Shown: positions 11,805-25,120 of the stretch, one piece after another
Layout of the letters: every line of letters begins with the position of its first letter
How positions within the stretch are numbered: the stretch's first letter is position 1
Assembly: GCA_964016885.1 (NCBI GenBank)
Contig: OZ024740.1
Coordinates: 66,526,001 to 66,590,000 of the forward strand
From: Eledone cirrhosa
Lineage: Eukaryota
Direction: 5' to 3'
Length of the DNA stretch: 64,000 nt
Program-made: the position numbers and the translations under genes
Notes under the pieces: generated by a model
Database searches by the model: none
What the model saw: the letters and a program-made list of their open reading frames with translations, nothing else
What the model was told of the DNA's origin: nothing

Positions 11805-12599
11805 AACATGTGGAAATGGTTTAACTATTGGGTAGATGTATTCATTCCGATTAGAAGACCTCCATGTAATAAACAAAAGAACTCAACGTTTGGCGTATTT
11901 TCCATCCGTGATGTGGAATCTTGTTTGGTACAGGAACGGAGAGACATATTACAATGAGAAGGCCGCGCCTCACTGAGAACGTGTCGCTCGATAGTACACA
12001 TCCGTTTCAATTCTTTGATTATGTTTCACCGTAATCTAGTAATTGATTACTTAACTTTCAATATTTTATTGGAATACGATCTGAAGATGTCGTCACATCT
12101 CTGAAGTTATGGTTTAATGATTTGTGCATGTTGGCCATAGTAAAATTTAACTTGATTTTGCAACATTAAATGAACTTTTGGAATCCGGCCTTCATTTTAT
12201 TTTTATTGATGTATGTATATAGATATGTACATATTTGGCGCATATGCTTTCACAGCGCATTCATTCTTCCCTTCATTATTCTTCTTCTTCAATGTAGTTC
12301 TGATTTGAATTAATTCAATTTTAGATATAAAAAGCTTATTGATTTGCTGTGAATTGGAATAAGACCAACTTTCGTAACGTTGGAGTGATGTTACCTTATT
12401 AAGACAATATTCTAAATATTGGCCTGGAACAACGGTAGAGAAAAGAAATGTATATAATGTACGTGTGTGTGTATGTATGAATGTATGTGTAACAGACATT
12501 TTTCACTATATCAATCGTTGAAAAATTACATCATCAATGTTATATATTGATCTCCCATGTTGTTTTTCTGTAGTGGCTTTTCCCATAAGCACACACTCA

Positions 12600-12779
<180 letters not shown>

Positions 12780-12989
12780 CTTTTGTTGAAACAGATATTG
12801 TTATACTTTGGGAAGGTCATGCTGCCAATAAAAGCACAATGCAACTGTCGTCAACGCGAATACACAAAATCAATATGGTGTAGAGCAGAACAAAGGAGAG
12901 CCACACAAAAAAATAAAAACAATCTGGAGCTTTGTAATTCTCGAAGAGGTGTTTCCAGACGTGTGGACAACAGGAAAAAAGCTCGGTCT

Positions 12990-13220
12990 TGAACCGTTAT
13001 TGCGTAATCTTCTTAGGATATTGATCCTTTCTTTAATGCACAGTCGACAAGACGGATTACCGCTGCGTATGGCTTGGACTTGATGATAGCTTTCTATTGG
13101 ATGAAGTAGTCTCCGCCTGAGTCTTTGAGGGGTCAAACGTTTGTCGCGAATTTCGTGTACGATCGCTTGTCCGGTTATCTAAAGCTTGACTGATGGTTCA
13201 GGAAGAGAAACGTCCTTCTA
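12990..13220 (-). pseudogene. Degenerate GIY-YIG C-terminus of a Naiad-like PLE
   Basis: Minus strand reads FLNHQSSFR*PDKRSYTKFATNV*PLKD...*KAIIKSKPY / GNPSCRLCIKERINIL, which parallels the EN at 10690-10880. Confidence 0.65.
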
Positions 13221-13549
13221 AGTTCAGGAATCAGCATTTTGCACCTTGTCCACAAGTCTGCAAAAACCTCTTGAATAATTACAAAGCTACAGATTGAATA
13301 ACATCAACATTCTGATATTCTGATCAACTCGATTAATTTATTCCGGACATTGGTAATTATCTCCCTTACACCGTCCGACCGTGGGATTACAAAATCTAGG
13401 AGAAATGACTGTTTCTCAGTATGCGTATTCATACGGTTGATTTTCCTTTTCCGTACAACTCCACGCAGACCGAGCTAAAGATCCGCATAAGGTGAAACAT
13501 CTGCTCTCGGTATGGTGGACTAACTGTTGTGGAACTAGAACTATATACC

Positions 13550-13980
13550 TATAAACACACACTAGTGAACAAAGATAGAATCCAAAAACAAAATCACATA
13601 CACTCAAACACGAACACACAAACCAAACATGAAAACACGCAAACGCATGCGCAAACAGAGGCAGAGACAAGAATAAATGAATGGATTAATTAACTTAAAT
13701 AAAAATGGCGTAGGCATTACAATACAACGGGAGGAAACATAATAGTACCACTGATAATGTCGCAGATGTGACGAACAACTTTGATAGACTATATATATAT
13801 GTTCATATCTGTATTTTGAACTCTTGGTCAATCAATGATAAACATTGATTGGCAGGTAAATTAACTATGGAGATATAAAAGATACAAAAGCGAAAACCAA
13901 TCCAAACCAAACAGTGAGTGTGTTCTGTTATTATTTCTGGCAATATTATAACAACATGACCCTCTCCACATATAACAATA
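13550..13980 (+). repeat. Solo pLTR homologous to 1020-1490
   Basis: Shared blocks ACACGCAAACGCATGCGCAAA, AAAATGGCGTAG and AAACAGTGAGTGTGTTCTGTTATT..TTCTGGCAATATTA, ending ATGACCCT...ATATAACAA. Confidence 0.8.
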
Positions 13981-14060
13981 TATTCATATATATATATTCA
14001 TGAAATGCGCATAATAAAATACATGGAACATTTATAACCATCTTTTAATTTCTTCTTATA

Positions 14061-14118
<58 letters not shown>

Positions 14119-14330
14119 TTCATACATTCATACACGTGTGTGAACATTTATTGATATTTAAGTGAAGGGATGGAAGTGTATGCGCGTGTGTAAGGTGCTT
14201 CTTGCATAAGACGATTTAACAAATATACTTCACAATGGTCTTATCTAATATGGACACCAAGTCTGGAACACTTCCGAGGAACCATATCAAAATTAATTAC
14301 CAATATTTCAAAGTAGTCAGTTAATTATAG

Positions 14331-14520
14331 TCAGGTCACTCTTGCTAATGGTAACATGTAAACTAGTACAACCTGTCGCATGGTTGGGTCGTCGGCAACT
14401 AAACTGGCAACCCCACCAAGTTTACTTGGTGAGGATATTGATTTTGGACACCCTGTAGGACAAAAAACAAAACCTTACAAAAGGCGGAAGAAATGATAAG
14501 AATCAACGGCCATCCAAAGA
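14331..14520 (+). mobile_element. 5' fragment of the RTE-derived non-autonomous element (copy 3)
   Basis: TCAGGTCAC...AGTACAACCTGTCGCATGG...AAACTGGCAACCCCACCAAG...GGCCATCCAAA matches the reverse complement of 2435-2625. Confidence 0.75.
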
Positions 14521-14579
14521 TGTGTAAATATGTATATACACATGTACATATCTATATGTATGTATATACGTATTTGTAT

Positions 14580-16498
14580 GCCTGGGGCGTCAGGGAGGGG
14601 CATGTACCTCTGCGGGCAGGGCTATCCATTGCCTTTTCAGTACAGTTCGTCCTGCATTGGGTCCCACCTGACACTCAGCTCTCAACTATAGCCCCAAGAA
14701 GATGTAGCATGCGACAGCGGCCACACCCTGGTAAACCGACTTGGCTGGCGGGCCGAACCAGGTTGAGGGTAGCCGGAAGGGTCTGAAATCCCCCGGTGAG
14801 TTAGATAGGGGATGCCTGCCTCTGCATGCGAAGACTGGACCCGGCGGAGTGAGTGGAGGAGGACAACATCGTCGCAACGGCCACGTAGGCGGCGACAGCA
14901 AGCGGTGTAGAAGGTTAGGGCACGGCAAAGCACTACAGACGTCATGCCCATCCACTGCAGCCAAGGAAGTCCCTGGTCGTGACGATCCTCCGTACCACTG
15001 GATTCTGTGAGTGGGACTGTCACTGTGCACTGGCCCTCCCACTATAAACATTTCCCGCACAGGTTTCTTCTTTAGCGTGCACTCCCAAAGACCTGCGGCG
15101 ATGGGCGAGAGGTGGCGGTAACAGTTGGAGCTAACCTCTGGGAGTTGCCAGTCTCAAACTCACACATGGGCGGCCTGGATATGCAAGTCGTTCTCCTCTT
15201 GAGCCAGGGATGACAGAGGAATCAGGCGTTCCACCGGACGACTGAGCAGCCCTTTTCAATAGTGAGGCCCTCTGGTCGATCCTGTCGAAGTTTGGATGCC
15301 CGATAAAGTTCGGGAACCTGATACGGCAATTCTATAACGACATGACAGGCCAAGTGCGCTCGGGAGGAGAGGCATCGGAGCCGTTCGGAATCACCAACGG
15401 CGTCAAGCAAGGATGCGTGCTGGCTCCCGTCCTGTTCAACCTGTTCTTCACCTGCGTGCTCAATCATGCCGTCAGGGACCTCGAGCACGGAGTGTATCTG
15501 CGATACAGACTGGACGACTCCCTGTTTAACCTGCGGTGCCTGACGGCTAAGACAAGGACCGTGCAGAGGATCGACCTGGGGGAACCTTTTGCTGACGACT
15601 GTGCGCTGCTGACCCACAGGGAGTCTGACCTCCAAATCATCGTCAACAAGTTCAAGGAGGCCTCCTGTCTCTTCGGTCTCGCAATTAGCCTTGGCAAGAC
15701 TGAGGTCCTGTTCCAGCCTGCACCTGCCCCCGTCACCCACCCTCCTTCCATCTCCATCGGAGGCACCCAGCTAAAGACGGTGGACGACTTAAAGTACGTC
15801 GTCAGTGTCATCAGCAGCTATGAAAGCCTCGATAAGGAGATAAATGCCAGGATCTGCAAGGCCAGTCAAGCCCTAGGCCGCCTGTGAGACATGGACTATG
15901 TACAGAAGGCAACTGAAGCAGCTGGAACGGTTCCACATGTGCAGACTGCTGTCAATCATGAACATTAAATGGCAGGACAATGTCTCCAGCCTCGAAGTTC
16001 TTGACATGGCTGAGACAACCAACGTCGAAGCTATGATACTGAAAAGCCGACTTCGATAGGTGGGACATGTCATCCGGATGGACGATCACAGGCTTCCGAA
16101 GCAACTGATGTATGGGGAACTCTGTTCGGCAAAACGAAAGTGGGGCAGGCCTCTCAAGATGTTCAAAGCCTGCGTGAAGTTCAGTATCAACATCACTGGA
16201 ATCGCCCCAAAACAACTCGAGTGCCATGCTCAGGACAGGACTGAGTGGCGAGCCCTTACCAGACACGCCGAAGACTCTTTTAGAGAGAAGAGACGGGCAG
16301 AGGTCACTAAGGCCCTTGAAAGGAGGAGAAAGACATCAGCAGCTGCCTCCAAGCGACTCCGGTCTCTTCACTTTCCCCCACTGTCTCCAGACCTGCAAGT
16401 CAAGGATCGGCCTCGACAGCCACCTTTGTGCCCACTGCAGACGGGAACTAAAATAAAGGCGATGTCATCATCGTTCACGATGGACAACCAAGAAGAAG
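14580..16498 (+). mobile_element. RTE-clade (BovB-like) LINE, internally deleted: 5'UTR, RT C-terminal half and 3' end
   Basis: Motifs GVKQGCVLAPVLFNLFF, YRLD.SLFNL, FADDCAL, GHVIRMDDHRLPKQLMYGEL, terminal finger PHCLQTCKSRIGLDSH and a GAAGAAG tail. No APE domain; several stops and frameshifts. Confidence 0.9.
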
Positions 16499-17615
16499 TT
16501 AATATGAAAAATGTTGATACAAAAGGAAATGAAAATTAGATGCAATATCGAAAATCTTTACAGTATTACAGTTTAATATCTGCCTATTCAGAAATATATT
16601 AAGATAATTTAACTATAAATGCATGTATAAATGTTAACTTCCTATATATCTTAAGACATAATAAGCTACCGCATTCTTTGTCAACGCACAGTCAATTACC
16701 GCTACGTGACATTGACAACCGTGGCAAATTATCAAATGTGCTACCTATCACCTGAGGATATCTGTCTTTTAACTTTATTGATACAATAATTGAATAGTAA
16801 TTATACGAGTTATATTTTAAAATAAAGACTGTATTGAAGGTAACGTGAACAGTGAAATATCTGAAGCTGGTTTCTACGTGATGAATAAAAAAAGATCCTC
16901 CCTCTACATTGCTTGTTGTAGAAGGTTTACACGAATACTTTCGTCATTGACAGCCCCAAAGGGTCATGTTTAATCTTGTGGAATTACAATACGTTAAATG
17001 AATGATTTTTTCATCAATGTTCCGTTTATGAGTTAAAAGTATTCAAGCAGACCTTGCTCATAATGAAACAGTAAAGGGAGAGATGTATGTGATTTTTAAC
17101 TAGTGAAAATTGTATTTGGCAGATGATTTCCCATTAAGCTTAACGTATCTAGTGATTTGTGACAGCTGAATAGAGACCCGACTCTGTTCACCCTGACTAC
17201 TTCGTTGTTGCTTATGCTATTCTGTCGAACTAAAGAGAGTTTAACCACCAAGAGAGAGAATGTTTTTTTTATTTCTCTTGAAATACCTGGCGAACTACCG
17301 GTTTCTAATATGCTTTATTATAACAAATAAAAAAAACGTAATTCTAAAACATTAGTTTTTTTGTGGAAGTCTAAATGATGTCGAGGCCAATATATATTGG
17401 TGTTAAGACATTTCATTTCCCTTTCACGTTGAAGTTATGAGGTATGCATATCAGACAGCCATTTCGACAATAATTAGATGATCACCAACTAAGAATAGAA
17501 GAAGCAGTTACTTGAGTTACGCATTTGTTGTGTTCTTAAATTCCGAATTTCCACACGGCTGTATAGTTTTGTTTATGTGTGAATCCTGCAAATAAGAACT
17601 ATATATGTATATATA

Positions 17616-17744
<129 letters not shown>

Positions 17745-17870
17745 AAGTTATATTTAAAATTGTTGGGTTACAACTAGTAATATGCATAGCATATTGTTAA
17801 TATGATATCCCCGAAATATATATAATGAAATAAATATGGTTTTATAAATATAGTTTTCCATTTATTTAAT

Positions 17871-17929
<59 letters not shown>

Positions 17930-18199
17930 GGATATATGTTCGTTGTAGGAATGTCAGGTCATCGTATTCTTATTCTTAAGCATCTATTCTACGGGGAGCT
18001 ACACAAAGGCACTAGACAAAGTATAAACCAAAACTCAGGTATAAAGACTGCATCAAAGCAGCTTTGATAAACCCAAATATCAGAGACAATAACTGGAAAG
18101 ACGTTTCCTTAGATTGATCTCGCAAGAGGACAACAACGTTTAATGGAAAATAGGAATCTGAAAAATCTCGTGTGTAGCATAACAAATGAACGAGAGGTC

Positions 18200-20720
18200 T
18201 GCGTAAGTGTCTACATGACATTAATTTATCTGGATTTTTGGATGCCGAAAATGACTTTATGTGCAATGAGTGTGGCCAGATTTGCTTCAGCAATGTTGGT
18301 TTAGAAGTCATCTCTGTAGCCGTGTACAATATGTTGCCGATTATGATCTCTTTCGTATTCCTACCTGTCGGAAATGTGGAAAACAATCTGCATCAGTGAA
18401 AGTAACGTTCATCATTGCAGCATATTCAGGGAGGAACGTAAATCTTTGGACGGGCGAAAGTTTCATCTTCGTGCCATACATGTGTGATGAGTGAATCAGG
18501 TAGTGGCAATTCTTAAAAGATGCAGACGCCATATATAAGCAGCTGTAGATTCAAATCTACTCTTTATGGATGATTTCTTCCTGTTCCAACCTGCTATTAA
18601 ACCAACAATATATCAGCCGAAAGCTAAACCCAGTGACATCGCTCCAGCCCACACATTTGATAACATGGATCTTCATAATTCAAACTGGAATGCAATCACC
18701 CAGGATCAAAACATCAAATATTTGTATACTCTGTTACAAGTATATGTGGAAAACATACGCCACCAGGATTTGTGAACAAATTTAAGTGCAGAATCCATAG
18801 AATTATTTTTAGAAAAATAATAATGTATTCACAAAAAGTACTACAATACTGCCTGCAGCAACACACGTATTCGATTGTTATTGCACTGCTCTGTTCAAAA
18901 CAATAACATCTCCAAATGTGCTTGATGACCATCATCAATAACCAAAGTAAAACTAAAGAAGAATTAACCATTTAATAACTCAAACTGAATCCAAAAGTGT
19001 TCTCATTTGCTAAAACCACTAGTCACTGTCTCTACTGTTGGCTCTCTGATTTATGGCAACACTATCCATGATAATGCTAAAACCATTGGATACTGTAACA
19101 ATAATACTGCTCTGGTTTCAGCAGTCTTGATATGGCTAATCCTGGCTGTATAAGTGATCTTAAATCCCATCAAACTATATCTGACATGACGTTTGGCGTC
19201 CGTGTTGTTAAATACAACTCAATAGCAGGTCCGAGTAGGGCACTAGCTAGTGTCCTGAATTTGTGTTGACACCAACTTGCATCTTCTCAAGCTAATATGT
19301 GGATGGGCGCATTGGAGTCTAGCTCTGTCCCTGGACATTTCCTGTCCCATTTTTCAAAAACGGAAACATATCCCATGCAGTGAACTACCGACAGATCTCA
19401 CACACATCTCATATCTTTAAAGAATTATGGTGAGATCTAAAATAACTCACGTTCTCGAAAGCAACAATATGCTGAACTCCAAATGGCACGGGTTCCGTTA
19501 TTGCATGCTCCGCCTACCACAGCTACTGTACCGCTTTGTTGGCATCTAACAAATTTGAGAGAGGGTTTCAACACAGCTGTTATATACCTTGATTACAGCA
19601 AGCCCTTTGATAGGGATGATTACAGATTTTAAGAAAATATCCAACATTGGTGTCTTTGGAATGTTACTGAAATGAATTACGTTTCCTGATCAAGAGAGAC
19701 CCCTATCATCTTGTGGTCGCAGGAATATGATCTATCTTACTCGAAGTCAGTTGTGGCGTCCCAGGCGGCACTGTGTTGGGCTTACTTGTTTTCATTATGC
19801 CGATCAATGATATTATTACATGTATTAAGTACAACAGCATGACAATCTTCATAAATGATTCCTAGCTCCAGAAGGTCGTCGAAGAAGTGGACGACTCGTC
19901 AGGCCTTCAATTGGATTTGCTTGCTGTTATGCAATGGGCGAAACAAAACTCAATATGCTACTAAACGAAGATAAATTTGAACTAATCCACTTTGAAAAGT
20001 AGGTCAATTTATTTCCCATATTCTCCTTACGCAATTGAATCCCTGGTGGAATCTAACAACATAAGAGTCATTGGAGTAATTAATTTGCAATATTCACACA
20101 AAGATCTATATTAACATGATGTGTTACTAGATTCTTAGAACTTTTCCATCGAGAGATATCCATATCATCATCCATATTTTCTCTATATTTCTTCGGCCTC
20201 ACATTGAATACTGTTGTCCACTGTAGTCTCCTCAAACAAAACAAAGTATTATGAACATTAAAGCACCTCAGATGTCAATAACATAATGCATGGCAAAACA
20301 GGCCTTGACTATTGGGGTCGAATAGAATAGCTGTAAATCTTCAACACCACCAGGAGCGTTATATGATCTGTATGTGCAAAATCTGTATGTGCAAAATATT
20401 CCAGCAACCTTGCTCAGTTGATGTTGCCTGTAACTTTAATATCTATCTAAAACTTAGTCGCGTCATATCCATCCACGACAAAAACCAACCTCGAATCACT
20501 TAAAAAATATTACGGATCAACAACTTCACCTCAACTGGTCCTACTCTATGCAATAAACCAAAATACATAACAGAAAATATCCCTGGATAAATTCCACCAA
20601 TGAAAACAATAACTCTTTACGAGAATGGAATATGGTACCCAAAACATGACTAGGGTGTGAATCTTGAACTTAAAACTTTCTAAGGTGGTGTTATTAAGTT
20701 AAACATGGCCTAGATAAATA
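18200..20720 (+). mobile_element. Highly degenerate CR1/L2-group LINE
   Basis: Remnant motifs NYRQIS (~19383), VIYLDYSKPFD (~19578), CGVPGGTVLGLLVFIMPIND (~19752) and RPHIEYCCPL (~20194). Confidence 0.75.
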
Positions 20721-22140
20721 AAGAGAGAAATCGATCAATATTATCATAGTTATATATATATAGACTTTTATCATATGAATTTGTTTAATTTTTCACAATT
20801 GTAATTGTCATATAAAATTTTATATTCTTAATATTGAAAGCTAGATTCGCATTCTGAATATACGTACTGCATTGTTGTTTCAAGTAAGGTATTTTAAACT
20901 CAGTTCTGCCAGTATTATGATAGTTTGGAGAGATATCAGGCAATTAAATAGAGTGGTGCATTCATTTATAACCGACATTTTACATTTTCGAAGAGTGATT
21001 TGAAATGTTTTTATCGCTCATCATCATACAACAACATTTGTCTAACTCTATTAACCAGATTTTCAGTTGACTATGTCTACACTCTCGATTTCCTGTTAGT
21101 AAGTGTTTGTTGAAATAAATTTCCCTTTTTGCAAAACGCACGGTGAGTTGTCTATTGCAAAGACTCGTACACTGACCACAAACATTTAGGTTGCTGTGAT
21201 TGATTTGGGAAAGGCTTTGGAGAATTGACACGATCAATCATTTATTATAATCAATCAATATCTGTGCATGCCTTCGCTCTTTATCAAGGCTAATTTCTAC
21301 GGTGAATTAGCAGTGCTGAATCTATATACAATCGTCAAATTTATTTGATTGAAACAAATAATAGGCAGAATTCGTATGGAATGCTGTTTAATCTGCTATT
21401 GAGTATAATTTCCATTCAGTAATTCTGTCAAATGCTCATTCATTTATGACAAACTTCAATTTCCCTCATAACCCATGTTACAGGCACTTGGTGCACCATT
21501 CACTGGTTATACATATCTTTTCCAAATTGAAACTAATATGCTTTTTTGCTTCAGTTGTAATATATAATATCTGGAAATCTTAGGAAAAAAGAATTCGTAC
21601 TTGTACGATGGACACCGTATTATTAGGAAGAATAAAATCAATACTAACATGAGAGGTGTTTCATGAAAAGTGAAGCCAAATTAATATAAAAGTTAGCTGT
21701 ATAACACAAGACAGTTTAACACACGAATTAAGCTGGTGTATACGACAAAAGTTAGAAATAGTCCATATCAAATGTGGACATCCCATGGAGTAGACACTGG
21801 TGTATGTATTTGGGGAAACGATGAAGTTTCGTTTACACTATATATTTCGTTGAATCACGAATCAGAGGAACGAATCAATAGTCGTGTCCATAATTTCTAT
21901 GGCGGAAACTGAGCAAATAAACACCATAAATAAACCAGCTACATGTAAACGAAACTTCAGCGTTTTTCATTACACACACACACAGAAACGTACATATATA
22001 TATATATATAAAATTAAATTAAATGTTGTATTTTAAAGCATTGTATATAATATATAATATATAACGTTGAATGTGATAGGAGGCTAAACAATGCAAAATG
22101 GACTGCAAGATGAGGTAACGAAATTTAAGTTACCTGGTAA

Positions 22141-22290
22141 TATTTGTTTTCTTTTTTCTTGTTGTTGTTCTTTTTTCTGTCCAATATTTCGGGACCTGAA
22201 AGTCCCTTCCTCGGGGTTTAAGGAACTTTTAGGCCCCGAAATATTGGACAGAAAAAAAGATAAACAACAAAAACCAAAACAAAAATTACT
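22141..22290. repeat. Foldback with a minimal Penelope-type hammerhead remnant (minus strand, about 22180-22216)
   Basis: CTGTCCAATATTTCGGG pairs with CCCGAAATATTGGACAG. The minus strand reads CCGAGGA-A-GGGAC-tttcag-GTCCC-GAAA-TATT. Confidence 0.7.
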
Positions 22291-22688
22291 AATTAACTTA
22301 CTTTCCATTTTGTATTGTTTAGCCTTCTATCTCTTTCAAGCTTATATATATAATATATATTCATACATAGATATAGATATATAGATATGTGTGTGTGTGT
22401 GTGTGTGCGTGTGTGTATGTGTGTCTGTGTGTGTGCGTACGTGTACGTGTAGAAATATATATATAGTAGCTTATTGGATGATAAACACGTGTTTGATGAC
22501 AATCCAATTAGATAAGTAAATCGATTAATGTCTTTATCATTTTCTCAATTTAGAGGGAGCTTTGAATTTTCTCGTACCCTTATATGCCTACTATTATATA
22601 TACACACTTCAACGGCATTCTAATAAACATTGCCTATACAGGAAATCAAAGTCTGAATACAATTCTGAGGACACACTATATATATATT

Positions 22689-22726
<38 letters not shown>

Positions 22727-22730
<4 letters not shown>

Positions 22731-22865
22731 GTTTCTACTTTTTGCAGAAGGCAAGCAATTACCCAGTGCATTACTGGTACTTTATTTTATGGACCCCGTA
22801 AAGATGAAACGCAAAATTAACCTCGGCGGGATTTGAACTCAGTCCTTAAAGGGACGTAACTATGC
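22727..22865 (-). mobile_element. tRNA-derived SINE, 5'-truncated copy
   Basis: B-box, central domain and AGTAGAAACAATT tail as in the 53736-53922 copy. Confidence 0.85.
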
Positions 22866-23059
22866 TTTTATTTTTCATTATATATATATATATATATATA
22901 ATGAAAAATAAAAGTTCCGGGCGAAAGAGAGGAATATCCATCGTCAGTTGTCTACTAGGTATCATAGGTATTTCTTCGCGTTAGAGACAATATACCTCAG
23001 CCTAGGGCGAACAATAACTAAAATAAGTTATTGGGATAAAAAGGGTGGGAGGGGGGAGG

Positions 23060-23570
23060 AAAACAACCAGCAGGATTGAGGCCAACGTTGGAACGCGTGA
23101 GGCATGTAGTTCGTGGCGACCCTCTGGTGACTGTTTGACTAATCGCATGTGGGCTGTCTATGAATCCACGACAGAGATTGGCAGATTATCACCATAATTT
23201 GGGCATGCGGAATATCGTCAGCTCACAACGCCCTAAGCATTAGCCAGTTCCTTGTCGAGAAGAACAATGCCTTACTGGAACACCTTCTTATTCGCCTGAT
23301 CTTGCTCGTTGTGACCACGAGCCTATGGGGTTTTCAAGTGCACCCATTCTGCTGGGGTGGATGTTAGCATGCGGGCCATAACGAATGAGCTGATGGGCAT
23401 AACAGAAGAAGTCTTCTAACAGTGCATAGAATCGTGGCAGAGAAAGATGGAAAAGAGCATTAGTCTCGGAGGTGGTTATTTCAAGGGGGATATGAGGTAG
23501 TGTGTTATTTGGAATTGAAATAAATATTTTTTGACACCAGTCCCATAACTTTTCAGACAGAATTCGTATA
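23060..23570 (+). mobile_element. Internally deleted mariner (Tc1/mariner) transposon relic with right TIR
   Basis: HTH-like ERVRHVVRGD and WQIIT...LGMR, then AHNALSISQFLVEKN, SYSPDLARCD (YSPDL motif) and QCIESWQRKMEKSI...GGYFKG. Ends in TIR-like CCAGTCCCATAACTTTTCAGACAGAATTCG plus TA. Confidence 0.8.
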
Positions 23571-23977
23571 GTGTGAGTCATTAATGATCCGACACTTAAT
23601 GCATTGTTATTGCAAGGTTCACAGATACATTTTTCAACGTCCGCTTCAAAACATATTGCGGAATTGTGTTAGCTTTTAGAAGAATTACATTAATTATATT
23701 TTTTAACAACATTATGTATTTCAATAACTGTGGTAAATATTATCATTTGATTATAATAGTTGGACAGCCTTAATACTTATGACTCACACACACACACTAT
23801 ATATATATATATATATATATCGTCCAGAAATATCTGTCGAAACGGCTTGAGCTCTACCGTCGTTGTCAAATATTTTCCTATTACCCACTCTACTATATAT
23901 ATACATATATATTTATATATATATATATGTGTGTATATATCTATATATAAATATATATATATGTGTGTGTGTGTATG

Positions 23978-24009
<32 letters not shown>

Positions 24010-24013
24010 TATA

Positions 24014-24052
<39 letters not shown>

Positions 24053-24088
24053 CATATATATATACATATATATACTGTATATATATAT

Positions 24089-24120
<32 letters not shown>

Positions 24121-24758
24121 TCAAAACGATTTTAGTTTAGAACATTTATTAGCTTACAATTGTTTCTTCCAGAAAGAAGTCTGGTTTCATCGGAGCATCA
24201 GGAATGACAAAAGCATGTAACTAGAATCCTGGTCATTTAGAGCATTTAGGTACATAGTTGTTATTAGTGTCTGAGGCATCATGTGGAGATTCAGCAGTTA
24301 AACAGATGTTCCGCTTGAAATAACACAATTACAGGCAGCACTCGTTGGAAGTGTAATAGGTATAACTAAAAGTAAAAAGCACAAGCAAAAAATTCGCAAC
24401 CAAAAACCACAGGGAAATATATTATAATCAAGGACAATTGGTGTACAATGCAGGAGTCAATACAGTCAATAATGCACGTATGAGGAAAGAGTTATAATGC
24501 AGTTGAAATAAACATATTTTGTGTGGGGTGTTAAAGCATGTTATATTTGTTATAAAGATTTAAGATAGTTTACAATTTGTTAGAGAGGCGTGTGGTGATA
24601 ATGTAGCTATTTTTTTTATGTAAGGTGCAATGTAAAGCACTAGATTGAGTTCGCATACCGAACTCTATCTATTGCCTTTTGGCATACCGGTAACCGGCTA
24701 GTACTTAGTACTACCCTACATATTTATAGTTATATCAAACATATATAAATATAAATAT

Positions 24759-24807
<49 letters not shown>

Positions 24808-24812
<5 letters not shown>

Positions 24813-25120
24813 ACTAAAAATTGATTGACTTATATATATCTAAAATAAACATGAAACAATCACAGGGAATAATTTATAAAAGTGTGTAAGCACACATAAC
24901 TAGGTAGGTAACTAATTAATGTTTAACTAGAACTTTAAAAATAGATACCTTATAAATTGATTAATCAATTTATAAGGTATCTATTTTTAAAGTTCTAGCT
25001 ATGTGTGCTTACACACATACCTAGCTATGTGTGTTTACACACTTTTACAAATTATTCCCTGTGATTGTTTCATATGTTTATTTTAGATATATATATATGT
25101 CAAACAAATTCTAGTTGATA
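24808..25120. repeat. ~310 bp AT-rich palindrome (MITE-like foldback)
   Basis: Perfect spacerless core CTAGAACTTTAAAAATAGATACCTTATAAATTGATT|AATCAATTTATAAGGTATCTATTTTTAAAGTTCTAG, plus complementary outer arms. Confidence 0.85.

Noticed and set aside
23060-23570. Internal inversion in the mariner relic
   Set aside because: On re-reading, all transposase motifs are on the + strand; it is an internal deletion.
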